A DNA stretch of 64,000 nt from Thraustochytrium aureum (Eukaryota), in assembly GCA_012862495.1 (NCBI GenBank), contig BLSG01000402.1:606559-670558 (forward strand). The letters run 5' to 3'. How positions within the stretch are numbered: the first letter of the stretch is position 1; every line of letters begins with the position of its first letter. The translations under genes and the position numbers were made by a program. Below the pieces are notes generated by a model. It was not told the DNA's origin and ran no database searches. It was given only the letters and a program-made list of their open reading frames with translations. Shown piece after piece: positions 22,702 to 33,682 of the stretch.

Positions 22702-22721
22702 CCCCGGGAGGCAAAAGGGAG

Positions 22722-22819
22722 CAAAAGGAGGTCAACAGCGTGCCGTTTGAAGGGGACAAAAGGAGGTCAACAGCGTGCCGTTTGAAGGGGACAAAAGGAG
22801 GTCAACAGCGTGCCGTTTG
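22722..22819. repeat. 35-bp tandem repeat (CAAAAGGAGGTCAACAGCGTGCCGTTTGAAGGGGA) x ~2.8
   Basis: GTCAACAGCG recurs at 22731, 22766 and 22801. Confidence 0.95.
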
Positions 22820-23040
22820 TTCGGCCGGCGAGACATCGGGTCGTGCCTTGGGCGTCGGGGGGATCGCGAAAGCTCGCCCGCCGCTCTTGCGCCGGGCTAA
22901 CTCGCGGCGGCGAGCCCGCAGCATCGGCGCTTGCAAAGGGCCTGCTTCGTTATCTTGGAATGGATCAGAGAGGGAAAATCTACTGCACTCTGCAATGCAG
23001 GAGGGATGTGCTCGCCACGCGGAGCCAAGTGGTGTGCGAA

Positions 23041-24825
23041 CTAGTCGTCCAACTCGCGCAGAAAGCGCATCCGCGCGTTCTGGTAGCGCAACTGGTCCCG
23101 CCCGTCGTGCGTATGCGGGGAGGCATCCTCCACAGTGTCGTCCCCGCCCTCTGGCGGCGTCTGCGAGTTGTGGCAAAGCGGGGACGACATGAGGCGGCGT
23201 CGAGACCACTTTCGAAAGCTCTTGGCAACGGTCTCGCGCGCCTGCATCGACTTGGCAAACACGCGCACACCATTGACGCCCATACGCTGCGGCAGGAGCG
23301 CCCCGCCGTACTTTTCTTGCGAGATTTTGAAACAGCGCTTCCCTCCAGCAGTGAGCGTGGAGCGCACCGACGACTGGGACAGTGAAGGCGAGTCAAACCC
23401 TGCAAAGTTGCCGCCAGATCCGCGAGGCGTCTCCAGGGAGACCCGACCCGTTCCCTTTGTGTAGAAGCGCAGCCCGTCCACCGGGTTGCTCGATCCCTTG
23501 CCGTGGTGCACGAGCATCACCTCGACGATAAAGTCGTCCGGAGCAAGAGCGAGGCCCTCCTCGTGGGCGATTTCGAGCATCTCGCGCGCAATGGACGCTC
23601 CCTTGGACTCCTTTGCGCTGTTGGGAATGCGCTCGGGGAGCTCGACGCGGCCGCAACAGCGGTACAGGTCCCGCTTGCTAAGGCGTTCCAGGAGGATCTG
23701 CGCCGACCGCATGGCTGGGTCCTGGCTGTGCTCGATGAGGTCAAGCACAGAGTCTTTGAGCTGCGCAAATACAGACATGTCGTCCACCGACTCGGACATC
23801 GTCAGCAAGCGGCCGGTCACCTTGCTTCGGAATTTGAGCACCGCGTTCGCCGCGTTGAGGATGTCGCGAATCATGTACTCGCAGGCTTTGACCACCTTGT
23901 GCTGGTACACGATGCTGTGAAGCCAGACGCGCGCGTGGAACACTCCAAACATGTTGTGCACGGCCTTCTCCGGGAAGCTGATTGTGAGGACCTGGTTCTC
24001 GTCCGGGAGGACGCGGGCCATTTGCGCGATTCGGTCCACGTTCATCCCCGTCGTGATCTGCACCCCGGTATAGTACGAGTCGCGCAGGATGTAATCGAGC
24101 TTGTCAACGTCAAAGCCGCTCCGCTCGTTGTTGATAATGTCGTACAAAAACGATTTGCTCTGGTCGCGGCCCGACCGGTGTGCGGTCCCGCCTTGGATCT
24201 TGTTGCCCAGGATGAGCTCCTCGACGAACAGCAAGTCCTTGCTCGAAAACCCGTACAGAGTTTTCAAGTCGATTCGGTTCGCGGCCAGTAAGTGGCGGAG
24301 CATCTGGACCGAACCTTGCTCGTGCGTCCAGTTGCGGCCGCGGAGGAACTCGCCGTCGAAAAGGTGCGAGAAGGGGCCATGACCAAGGTCATGGCAGAGG
24401 CCTGCAAGGCCAACGCAGAGAACGTCCATTTCGGTCAAGCCAAGCTCCGGCTGCTTTTCCTTGATGGCCTTGACAAACTTGATGCCGAGATGCGCAACGC
24501 CGATCGAGTGCTCGAAGCGAGTGTGGGTTGCCGCTGGGAAAACAAACTGCGTTGCGCCAAGCTGCTTGAGTCCTTTCAGTCGCTGGAACTCTGGTGTATC
24601 GATCACGGTCAGCAGGCAAGCCGGAACCTCGATCGAGGAGTGGACTGGATCGTTGATCACTTTCTCGGAGGTATGAAAGGTCTGGTTTGCGCTTGCGCCG
24701 AGCGTCAGCGCCGCAAGCGCGTTGCCCCGCGGCTCGTTCGAGGCGCTCACCTCGTCGTCCCATCCCTCGTCAGCCGAGCTCGTCCGCTGCCTTTTGAGCA
24801 CGGGCAGTGCGGCAACGTGCTCCAT
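23041..24825 (-). CDS. SAMHD1-like HD-domain dNTP triphosphohydrolase (no SAM domain)
   Basis: INDPVH, IDTPEFQRLKGLKQLG, VFPAATHTRFEHSIGVAHL, GLCHDLGHGPFSHLF, WTHEQGS, DVDKLDYILRD, VYQHK, NPVD. Confidence 0.92.
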   Translation of the reverse strand: MEHVAALPVLKRQRTSSADEGWDDEVSASNEPRGNALAALTLGASANQTFHTSEKVINDPVHSSIEVPACLLTVIDTPEFQRLKGLKQLGATQFVFPAATHTRFEHSIGVAHLGIKFVKAIKEKQPELGLTEMDVLCVGLAGLCHDLGHGPFSHLFDGEFLRGRNWTHEQGSVQMLRHLLAANRIDLKTLYGFSSKDLLFVEELILGNKIQGGTAHRSGRDQSKSFLYDIINNERSGFDVDKLDYILRDSYYTGVQITTGMNVDRIAQMARVLPDENQVLTISFPEKAVHNMFGVFHARVWLHSIVYQHKVVKACEYMIRDILNAANAVLKFRSKVTGRLLTMSESVDDMSVFAQLKDSVLDLIEHSQDPAMRSAQILLERLSKRDLYRCCGRVELPERIPNSAKESKGASIAREMLEIAHEEGLALAPDDFIVEVMLVHHGKGSSNPVDGLRFYTKGTGRVSLETPRGSGGNFAGFDSPSLSQSSVRSTLTAGGKRCFKISQEKYGGALLPQRMGVNGVRVFAKSMQARETVAKSFRKWSRRRLMSSPLCHNSQTPPEGGDDTVEDASPHTHDGRDQLRYQNARMRFLRELDD

Positions 24826-25088
24826 CGCGGTCGCGGCCTCGGCGCTTCGCCAAAGGGGTGGTGTCCAAGTTTGAAAATCGCGAGTCCTGCCACTCTGCGA
24901 CCTCGGAGGCCCGTGCGCTCCTCCCCTGCGACCGCTTCTCCGTATTCTAGGAGGACTGACTCTCTACCGTCGGTTGTGCGCCAGACCAGCTGGTCTCGTC
25001 GCTGGTCGCACTCGTCGCGCCTTGCGGCTCTGCGAGTGTGGGCGCCGGTGCTGGTTTGCGCCTCGCTTTTTTCCGCGCTCCTCTTGTC

Positions 25089-25347
25089 NNNNNNNNNNNN
25101 NNNNNNNNNNNNNNNNNNNNNNNNNNNNNNNNNNNNNNNNNNNNNNNNNNNNNNNNNNNNNNNNNNNNNNNNNNNNNNNNNNNNNNNNNNNNNNNNNNNN
25201 NNNNNNNNNNNNNNNNNNNNNNNNNNNNNNNNNNNNNNNNNNNNNNNNNNNNNNNNNNNNNNNNNNNNNNNNNNNNNNNNNNNNNNNNNNNNNNNNNNNN
25301 NNNNNNNNNNNNNNNNNNNNNNNNNNNNNNNNNNNNNNNNNNNNNNN
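25089..25347. other. Assembly gap (N)
   Basis: Run of N. Confidence 1.
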
Positions 25348-25601
25348 TTTTTTTTTTGGATAGATTGGTGAACCGGGTTGCCCGCCCACCTGCTCGCACA
25401 ATTCGGCGCCGGTTGCTGAGGCAGCGTTGCTAGCGGAGTGCACAGCGCTCTCGAAGGAGAGCGCGCGTAGCGCCGGCAACTGGAGGCGCAGCAGACGTTT
25501 GCGTCAACGACCACAACAGATAGCACTTTGTGCCAGCAATCGCACAACAGATTTCAAGGAATTGGTGCTCCGAGTCCAAGTCAAAATCATTTACAAGGCC
25601 A

Positions 25602-25672
25602 TGCCAGCCAGCCAGCCAGCCAGCCAGCCAGAGTGGCCATGCCAGCCAGAGTGGCCATGCCAGCCAGAGTGG
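25602..25672. repeat. (CCAG)n tract plus 18-bp tandem repeat GCCAGCCAGAGTGGCCAT
   Basis: Direct reading, about 3 units. Confidence 0.85.
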
Positions 25673-25734
25673 GCCGCCCGCGTCCGCGTTGGGCTCGGCA
25701 GCGCTTGCACGTCCCTGGGCGAGGGCCCCCTTCG

Positions 25735-26310
25735 CTACAAGTTGTCAGGTTGGAAAGGCTCGGTTGCCTCGTCGGTGAGTCGCAAGGCGCCTACAGCGCC
25801 TTCGATCTCTGCTGGAGCCGCTGTGATTTGCATGATCCTCCCCTGAACGTTGAAGTGGACCCCACGCTGCGCGAACAGCAGGCCAAGAATGAACGCCGCT
25901 TGTGCGCCAGCAAGGAGAACCATGCAAACCTGCACGGCTATCGTGGCGGGGTAGTAGTCTTTTGAGGCGGTCGCGTCAGCTGGTTCGTGGAACGTCAGAA
26001 TGGCCCAGAGCAGCCAGACCGTGAATGCGATTGACCAACCAGAAATGGCGAGAGCAATGATCATTGCAGAAACGAGGAACGCGAGTTGCACCGCAACGAT
26101 CCCCAGGGCCGACCCGCCGAGCGCGAGCCAGATCAACATGTCGGTCTGCACGTCGCGCAGGTCTGGAAACCGCTCTGGCGTCACGAGCAGAGCGAACTGG
26201 ATGGGTACGAGAACCACAAACGCGAACGCGGCGACGAAGAAGCGTCGCTTCCACCTCGAGAGCTTCAGCCGGGTCGCCACGAGGAGCTGCGCGTCCACCC
26301 TTGCCAGCAT
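25735..26310 (-). CDS. Multi-pass membrane protein of unknown function; the N-terminus may extend to ATG 26498 via a frameshift
   Basis: About four hydrophobic segments (FFVAAFAFVVLVPIQFALLV, LIWLALGGSALGIVAVQLAFLV, WSIAFTVWLLWAIL, IAVQVCMVLLAGAQAAFILGLLF). Confidence 0.6.
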   Translation of the reverse strand: MLARVDAQLLVATRLKLSRWKRRFFVAAFAFVVLVPIQFALLVTPERFPDLRDVQTDMLIWLALGGSALGIVAVQLAFLVSAMIIALAISGWSIAFTVWLLWAILTFHEPADATASKDYYPATIAVQVCMVLLAGAQAAFILGLLFAQRGVHFNVQGRIMQITAAPAEIEGAVGALRLTDEATEPFQPDNL

Positions 26311-26641
26311 CCCTGCTTCCAGCCCGGCGTGACGCCCGCCGGCGCTCTCTTCTTGCCGGTCACGGGTCCAGGGCTCGTCGGGACCCTGCGCGTCCGAGAG
26401 CGCGTCTGTTCGTTCGCCTCGCCGGACGCGCGATTCCTATTGCTCTCGAGAGAAAGTACTCGCTGCTCGAAGTACTCTACTACTTCGAAGGAGTACATGT
26501 TCGGAGTGGCAATAAGCCCAACGCGCCCACCTCACTCAGCAGTTGAGGCAGACGATGGTCAGTGGCCCGCCGCTGATGGGTGTCGCGGCTGCGCACCGCT
26601 CGGCCTAGGCAGGGCGTCTGTTTTTGTCCTGGGAAGGAGGG

Positions 26642-27787
26642 ATGGGACGCTGCAGTGCGCGGGACGCGGCCCGCGTCGGGCTGGTCTTGCTTGACGCTGG
26701 ACTGCACGGCGAGGCCGTGGCGCTGCTCTGCGCTGCAGTCGGCGCTGACGCAGTGCGGCGCAGCGTCGACTTGGACCTTGTCGTTCACGTCGTCAGACGC
26801 GTCAATGCGGCGTGCGGCGTGCACCCGGTGCTCCGCATTCGACTGGTCTTGGCCTGCACTGCCTCACGGGACGGCTCGCTCGTCGAAGCGTTGCAGGCTG
26901 GCCTGAAAGCGCACGCGTCGACTGACTTGCATAGCGACGGCTGCGAGACGTGCGCTCAGGTGTGCCCGCACGAAGCGCTGACGGTGTGGAACGCGGTTTG
27001 CCCCAGCCTGAGCCAAGCCTTGCACAGCATCGAGGAGCAACTCGGTATACCTTTGCGCTTGTCCGGCACGCTTGCCCGTGCTGATCAAGTTGGGCTTGTA
27101 CCCCACTCCGAGTGGGGAACAACCATGCAAGAGTGGGCGGCCTCTGAAGGGCTGGCCCACGCTGCGGCGCTCCAAAGGGCAGAGCGAGAGATCAAGGAGC
27201 TCGCGCTCGGGACGGAGTGCCTGCGCCTCTGCTCCAGCCACAGATGGGCTTGGGCGCTGCCCTGCGAGGAGGCGGCCCGCGCCATTGCGAAGGCTGTGCC
27301 AAGCCAAGGTGTCGTTCTTGATGTGGGTTGCGGATCTGGGCTTTGGGTAAGGGCTCTTGCACGCGCCGGCGTGTCGACGGCCGGCATCGACATGGAGAGA
27401 GTTCCGGGCCTCAAAGGTTCGGTGCGCAATCCGTACGTTTGGAACCCGGTTGCCTCAAGAAATTGCTGCAGCAAGGTGACGCTTGTGCGAGAGACCGTGG
27501 AGATCGAGGATGCTTGCCGAACAGCTCGTGCGCTCCTGTTCTGCTGGGTCCCGCCCGAGCAAGCCACCTCGCAGGACTTCGCCAGGTACCTCGCGGCGTT
27601 CCGAGGAGACGTCCTGTTTCTTGTTGACGATGGGGACCCGCAGCACTGCCGAGGGGCGCCGCTGCGCGAAGCGTTGCGCCTTGGCTGGTCGATGGAGAGT
27701 GGGGGCCGCCTTCCGCTCCCCTCTTACCCGGACCGCAAGGACCACCTAGAAGTTCTCCGACGGAGAACAGGCGAGCGCACCTACTAG
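26642..27787 (+). CDS. Class I SAM-dependent methyltransferase-like protein
   Basis: WAWALP..EA, VLDVGCGSGLW (motif I), GID, LLFCWVP, YLAAFRGD, PLPSYP..DHL. Confidence 0.75.
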   Translation: MGRCSARDAARVGLVLLDAGLHGEAVALLCAAVGADAVRRSVDLDLVVHVVRRVNAACGVHPVLRIRLVLACTASRDGSLVEALQAGLKAHASTDLHSDGCETCAQVCPHEALTVWNAVCPSLSQALHSIEEQLGIPLRLSGTLARADQVGLVPHSEWGTTMQEWAASEGLAHAAALQRAEREIKELALGTECLRLCSSHRWAWALPCEEAARAIAKAVPSQGVVLDVGCGSGLWVRALARAGVSTAGIDMERVPGLKGSVRNPYVWNPVASRNCCSKVTLVRETVEIEDACRTARALLFCWVPPEQATSQDFARYLAAFRGDVLFLVDDGDPQHCRGAPLREALRLGWSMESGGRLPLPSYPDRKDHLEVLRRRTGERTY

Positions 27788-28057
27788 CAAGCTCTAGCGA
27801 TAACGTAACGAAATGGAAGGTGCTCTAAAAACGGTCGGCTGCCCGTGCGCGGGCCACGCAGCCCGCGCACGGGCAAGCCAACAAAGGGTTTCCTACGAAA
27901 GAAAGGCAGCGAACAGAGTCGCGTTTCGACCCGCTCGCCCACTACTAGATCAACAGCGCAGTGACAGCCGCCGCACTGGCGGCAGCACAAGGCGCAAAAG
28001 CCAACCTCGGGACCCTGACCGCGAAGAACAGGGCCCCTCGCCGAAAAAACAACTCAC

Positions 28058-28703
28058 TCAGAGCAGGAGGTACACCATCGACAACAACGCGACAAACACA
28101 ACAGAGACGAGAATAACCCAGTCCTGGCGATGATGAGTCCACCGATCCTCGACCGCAGAAGAGAAAAACCCAAAGTGCTCGTCGACGTCCTGGTACGAGT
28201 CTGCATCCCCCACAGGGCAACAACGAAGCGAGCCAGGCTGGGTCTGGTTCCTTCTTGCAAGCACGTCGCTAGAGTCGTCGCCGCTATCGTCGCCGCTCGT
28301 GTCCTCGTCCTCGTCCGCGGGTGGGGCTTGCGCCGCGGCGGCGCCAGGGCCTCCCTGGCACAGCAGAGCCGGGCGCCGGCCTCTTCTTTTCTCTTGACGG
28401 CACATCCTGTGCCGCCGCTGCGTGCGCCGCCGCTGCGTGCTGCGCAGGCGCCGAGTAAGTGACAACGCCGTTTTCGGGAATCGGCTCAAGGTTGGAGGTG
28501 CGCAAGAGCCCGCTGCGCTTGAACAGCGCACGAGAGTACGCCCTGTAGCGCGATCGCAGCCGCGGCGAAAAGCAGGAAAGTATTGGTCCATTGGCCTGGA
28601 GCACCCCCGTCCCGTCGTCCGAGCTCTCCGCAGCCGCCATCACCAGATTCCTAAGCCTCTGTGCCGCCGCCGCAGCCGCCGCCGCTTGGGCTTGCGGGGG
28701 CAT
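28058..28703 (-). CDS. Hypothetical tail-anchored protein, apparently frameshifted near 28350
   Basis: Two overlapping protein-like ORFs; the distal frame has an acidic stretch and a C-terminal TM (WVILVSVVFVALLSMVYLLL*). Confidence 0.4.
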
Positions 28704-29383
28704 CGGCAGCACGAGGTCCGCCCAGCCCAGAATCCCGCAACCTCGACGCGAGCCAGCAAACGCAAGGCACCTCGATCAAACTCGCTCAGGAGCCCGCGCC
28801 GACCGTCCGCGCCGGGCGAGCGAGCTCCCTGGCCCACGCCGGGGCGCTCCCTTTCGCCGTTCGCCCCAGCGCCCTCCGCTCGCACAGCCGCCTGCTCGCC
28901 GCGCGCACCTCGCGCATTCGTACCTGCCGCAAGAGCGGTGAATGCCTGAGTGGCAGGCAGTGTCTGCCCAACAACAGGAGAGTCCGCCTGCCCTCGCAAA
29001 TCCCTCTAGGAGCGCACACCGCCCCCCGAGCGCCGGCGCCCTCGAAAGGCCCTCTGGAAGGTGCGCCCTGTGGCGGCAGCAGAGTCCGGCCGCCGGCGGC
29101 AGATCCCCTGAGCGCTTGTCCGGTTGATCCGTTAGGCGCGCGACGTGCGTCACGCAGAGCGCGGCGTGGCTGGGTGGCGTCAGCGGCGCGTGGCGCGGAG
29201 GCGCCGAGGGAGAGGGAGAGAGGGAGAGAGGGAGAGAGGGAGAGAGGGAGAGGAAGTGGCGATTGGCGCAGGTCACGGGCCAGACCGATCAAATCGACGG
29301 CCCAGACCGGTCGAATCGACGCAACGAACAGCGCGCCAGCCCGCGCGCCCGTCTGCCATCCAGCCTGCCTGCTCGCCAAGCCG

Positions 29384-29384
29384 G

Positions 29385-29432
<48 letters not shown>
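29384..29432. repeat. (CCTG)n microsatellite upstream of the ankyrin/WW gene (GA-rich tract at ~29206-29252)
   Basis: Direct reading. Confidence 0.95.
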
Positions 29433-29545
29433 CCGGCCTGCTCGCCTGCCTGCGGCGCGGCGGACGAAAAGGCGCGTGCAGCGCTGGGAAAGCGGCGGAA
29501 GCGGGGCTCCGGCCCCCAACCACCCGCTTGCGGCGTGGCAGGGAC

Positions 29546-31994
29546 ATGGACGCGCTGCTCAAGCCGGCGTTTGAGCCTGGCAGCGCTGCCGTGCTAGGCG
29601 GGAATGCGCGCAGCCTTCCACCAGTGTCCCCGCGCAGTCAACTCCCATTGCGGAACCCAGCGCGGGGAAAGAAGGCTGAGAACAGCCTTGCAGAGGTGGA
29701 GCTTGAACGCAAGGCCGAGGAGGAGTACGACGCCCAATTTCGTGTACACGTGGCTGCGCACGAAGGAAACGCGCGCGAGCTCCAGGACGCGCTAGACTGC
29801 AACGCAAACTTCAACCCGTACGATGAATCGATGAGGACACCCCTCTACTATTGTGCCGCAGCGAGCAACCTCGAGTGCGTCCAGCTGCTGTGCGAGCGGC
29901 GGCCAGACATAATCAACATGGGCGACGGGGAAGGTGACACGGCGCTCCACATTTCGTCGTACTATGGGCACACAGAAGTGCTCGCGCTATTGCTCCGCTT
30001 CAAGGCCGACGTGAACGCAAGAAACAGCAAGGGGTTTGCCCCGCTTCACGTCTGCTCCAGCGTCGAGTGCTGCAACCTGCTTATGGACTACGGCGGCGAT
30101 CTCTTCGCGCAGGACGAGCACGGCCGCGTCCCCCTATTCAGCGCATGCGCGACGGACAAGATGCGAATCGTGACCGAGATCCTCAACAACCCGCGCGCAG
30201 ACGCGGCGCAAATGCTCATGGTGCAAGACTCGTTCGGGGACAGCGCGCTCCACGCAGCGGCCTGCAATGGCAGCTTGGATTGCATCAAGGCCTTCAAGGG
30301 TTGGATCGACCTGACGCTGATCCGGCTCGCAAACAACCGCGGGTTTACCGCGGAGGACCTGGCGCGCATGAACCAGCAAGAAGAGTGCGCGCGGTATATC
30401 CACGACCTTATGCTCACGCTGTACAAGTCGCAAGATGACCGCCTGCGGTCAGCCGGCGGCGTGGACCCGCGGCGATTTTCCATGTTCCATCAGGGCACGG
30501 CATGGTCGCAAGCGCCTCACGGGTTTGCAGACTCTATCGGCTTCGGGATGGGTGCAGCAGCCGGTGCCGGCTACCCCGGCGCGTTCGAGGCGCGGCCGAC
30601 GACGGCTGGCGGGGCCGGCAGCTTTTTCCCGGGCGAGATGATGCTTGGGCACGGGGCTTTCGGGCGCAACCAGTCTGAGGCGCTGTTCGACCCGTACGGG
30701 CAACAGAGGCGGCCTCAGTCTGCTCTCTCGTACAACCGCGACTACTCGCTTCCAGCGATCGGTCTTGAGGCCGGGCAGGAAGAGGCCGACGTGTGGAATG
30801 TATTCAGCAAGCCGTACGAGGACCCGCGCTCGTACGCGGCGGGCTCGAGCTACGCCGGCCAAGGTACAACCTATGGCGGGGGCGCTCAGGCCGGCGCGTT
30901 CGGCCTCGAGGACCTTGACGAAGACCCAGATAGACCCAAGACGCCGTGGACGCTGAGACGCGAGAACGCAACCATGGAGGACTGGCACGGCGAGTGGGCC
31001 CAGTTCGTGGACGCAGACACTGGGCAGCCGTTCTGGTGGAACGCCATTTCTGGCGAGTGCCGCTGGGAGGCGCCGGAGCGCGTTTTGCAGCAAATGCAAG
31101 GAGGCGCCGGGACGGACGGCCAGTACCTTCACGACCACGGTCTGACCGAGACGGGCTCGCCCATGAGCCCAGGCTCGCCGTACGAGGACGGAGCCGTCTC
31201 GGAAGCGGATCAGATTCGCCAGCGCGCCTTTGTCCTCGACAGAATAGGCGAGTGGTCCGAGTGCCAAGACCCTGTCACCGGCGATGTGTTTTACTACAAC
31301 AACGAGTCGGGCGAGTGCGAGTGGGAGCTTCCCCCGGAGGTCGAGGAGGAGCGCGAGGCGGAGCGCGAGCGCAAAGCAGAGGAAATGCGGCGCCAGGCCG
31401 AGGCAGAGGCCCAAGAATGGGTTCTCAAGATGCGCAAGTCCACGGAGGAGCAGGTCGCTGGGACCGCTCTTGGCAAGCTGCTGGAGGAGACCAGCTGGTC
31501 TCTCGCCAAGGACGAGGCCTCGGGGGCCACGTTTTATGTGCACAAGACCACGGGAGAGACGCGCTGGGGCGAGCCCGAGGAGGTCACCGAGGCAAAAGAG
31601 CGCGCCGCGGAGCAAAAGCGGGAGGAGGACCTCGCCGAGCTCAAGGAGAAGCTCAAGCTCGAGGCCGCGGCCCAGATCGCCGAGCAAGTCAAGGCGGCCA
31701 TCTCGAGCACAGAGGAGGAACGCGAGCGAATGCGGCGCGAGTTTGACGAAAAGATGAAGAAGACCGAGGAGCAGACCAAACTCCTCGCCGAGAGGCTCGA
31801 AGGCGAGTCGGACGCGGCCCAAAAACGGCGCGAGGCCGAGATCTTGAAGCTCCGGGACAAGGACTTTGAGCGCGAGGAGAAATCAAAGCGGACTGAGGAG
31901 AAGGCCGAGATCCTTGCCGAGCACGGCGAGGAGCTCAAGCAGCTCGCGAGCGTGCTGAGCGCAGACCGGATGCGGCAGAACGAGAAGCTTCAAG
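29546..31994 (+). CDS. Ankyrin-repeat + three WW domain + coiled-coil protein (runs into gap)
   Basis: Ankyrin TPLYYCA, GDTALHISSYYGH, GFAPLH, GDSALHAAA; WW domains WAQFVDADTGQPFWWNAISGECRWEAP, WSECQDPVTGDVFYYNNESGECEWELP, WSLAKDEASGATFYVHKTTGETRWGEP. Confidence 0.88.
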
Positions 31995-32186
31995 NNNNNN
32001 NNNNNNNNNNNNNNNNNNNNNNNNNNNNNNNNNNNNNNNNNNNNNNNNNNNNNNNNNNNNNNNNNNNNNNNNNNNNNNNNNNNNNNNNNNNNNNNNNNNN
32101 NNNNNNNNNNNNNNNNNNNNNNNNNNNNNNNNNNNNNNNNNNNNNNNNNNNNNNNNNNNNNNNNNNNNNNNNNNNNNNNNNNNNNN
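31995..32186. other. Assembly gap (N)
   Basis: Run of N. Confidence 1.
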
Positions 32187-33338
32187 CTCTCACCCAAGGC
32201 TCTGCCGCTTGGCTCGCCCACGCGCTTGGGGCCCGGGCAGGGCCCACTCGGGATCGGCGCTTCGTCGACGCCGGTAGGTAGCCAAGGGGGCGGTCGTGGA
32301 GACGACGAGGGCCTCACGGCCGCACCACGTTCGCTGAGCGACTTGTTCTCGCAAGAGTGCGCGGACGTCATGGCCAACGCAGTGAAGCAGACCAAGCAAG
32401 TCGGCGTGCTCGCTACCGTGCACGCGCAGTACTTGGCTGTGAAGGAAGCGGAGGCAGCCACGCAGGCGCTGCTCGCGGCTGGGGCCCCTGAGGCAGGCAT
32501 CCGCGCGTTGCTCCCTGTGTTGTGGGCAATCTTTCGCACGTTTGCGGCGGAGAACCGCAAAAGCGCGCTCCCGAACAAGGTCAACGCGGACGCCCTCCAG
32601 TTGCTCCTGGACCAGGGCGACCTCAAGCTTCCGCTGGCCGCGCGGGACGGGATTATCGCAGAAGTGTTCCCCAACCCGGAGGACAAGCACATCAAGTTCG
32701 CTCCCTTCTTGCACGCGCTGGTCAACTTGCTGAGCAAGTTGGGCTGCCCGCCTGAGGCCCTTTACAAGTCGACATTTGTCCCGGTTTGCGTCAAGGCGAG
32801 CCGCGCAATGGAGGAGCGCGCGCGCATTTACCAACGAGAATCGAAGCGGCTGGCCACCAACCCCGTGCGCCGCGTGCTGCAGATCAATGTCTCGCAGCTC
32901 AAGATCGTCTACCTGTACTACGCGCTGGTGGCAGAGAAGCGCAAGAGCCCCTGCCCGAAGAAGACGTTCACCATGGAGGAGATGGTGCTCTTTGCCAAGG
33001 ACTTTGCGCTCATCCCAAAGATCTGCTCCGTTCGCCAGCTCGTCGAAGTATTTAGCGACATGTCGCTGCGCAAGCCCGGGGAGGCGGGGAGCTTGAGCAC
33101 CTACACGCTTCCCTTCAACCACTGGGTGCAACTTCTCTTTCATGCCTCGCTTCGCTTCTTCGCGCCGGCTCAGGCAGGGACAGCGGTCGCTGAGACGGAA
33201 GAGAACGCGCACCATCAAATTATCGCGTTGCTGGAGCATATGGATAAGAGCGGCGGCAAATCCCGCATCAAGGCCAAGGGGATCCAGCCGTTCATTTGTG
33301 TAATTGGTGCCGAGTGCGAGGAGAGCGCAGTGCTCTGA
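32187..33338 (+). CDS. Helical (EF-hand-like/p25-like) region, probably the C-terminal part of the ankyrin/WW gene
   Basis: Long ORF with coding-like codon bias, same strand, directly after the gap; motif FAKDFALIP...LVEVF. Confidence 0.6.
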   Translation, partial: LSPKALPLGSPTRLGPGQGPLGIGASSTPVGSQGGGRGDDEGLTAAPRSLSDLFSQECADVMANAVKQTKQVGVLATVHAQYLAVKEAEAATQALLAAGAPEAGIRALLPVLWAIFRTFAAENRKSALPNKVNADALQLLLDQGDLKLPLAARDGIIAEVFPNPEDKHIKFAPFLHALVNLLSKLGCPPEALYKSTFVPVCVKASRAMEERARIYQRESKRLATNPVRRVLQINVSQLKIVYLYYALVAEKRKSPCPKKTFTMEEMVLFAKDFALIPKICSVRQLVEVFSDMSLRKPGEAGSLSTYTLPFNHWVQLLFHASLRFFAPAQAGTAVAETEENAHHQIIALLEHMDKSGGKSRIKAKGIQPFICVIGAECEESAVL

Positions 33339-33347
33339 GACCGAGAT

Positions 33348-33671
33348 CGGGCCAAGCAAGGTCCAAGGTTGTGTGGTAGAGTACTCTACTGATGTTTCTC
33401 CTTCTTCTTCTTCGGTTTGTTGTAATAACTACTACTAGAGTGCGGCTCCACGGCAGCGGCTCGGCGGCCGCGCCGCTGCACAGGGTCGGTTTAATTAAAG
33501 GCGAGAACGACGGCACATCCCGCATCATCGGGCCTTGCCAAGGTCCAAGGTCATGTGGTGGAGTACTGATGTTTCTCCTTCTTCTTCTTCGTTTTGTTGA
33601 ACTACTAGAGTGCGGCTCCACGGCAGCGGCTCGGCGGCCGCGCCGCTGCACAGGGTCGGTTTAAAGGCGAG
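33348..33671. repeat. Diverged direct repeat (two copies, ~33348-33505 and ~33530-33671) containing a GC hairpin
   Basis: Both copies share CAAGGTCCAAGG, TACTGATGTTTCTCCTTCTTCTTCTTCG and ACTACTAGAGTGCGGCTCCACGGCAGCGGCTCGGCGGCCGCGCCGCTGCACAGGGTCGGTTTAA. Confidence 0.92.
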
Positions 33672-33682
33672 GCACTCCAGGT

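Noticed and set aside
22722..22819. 35-bp repeat resembling a CRISPR repeat in length
   Set aside because: Units are directly adjacent with no unique spacers; no cas genes; eukaryotic context
28661..29545. N-terminal 295 aa of the 1206-aa ORF
   Set aside because: Translates GA and CCTG microsatellites (ERERG, PACL); the real start is likely ATG 29546
30449..31822. Long antisense ORF (457 aa) and similar shadow ORFs throughout the window
   Set aside because: Mirror frames of GC-rich real genes, with no motifs
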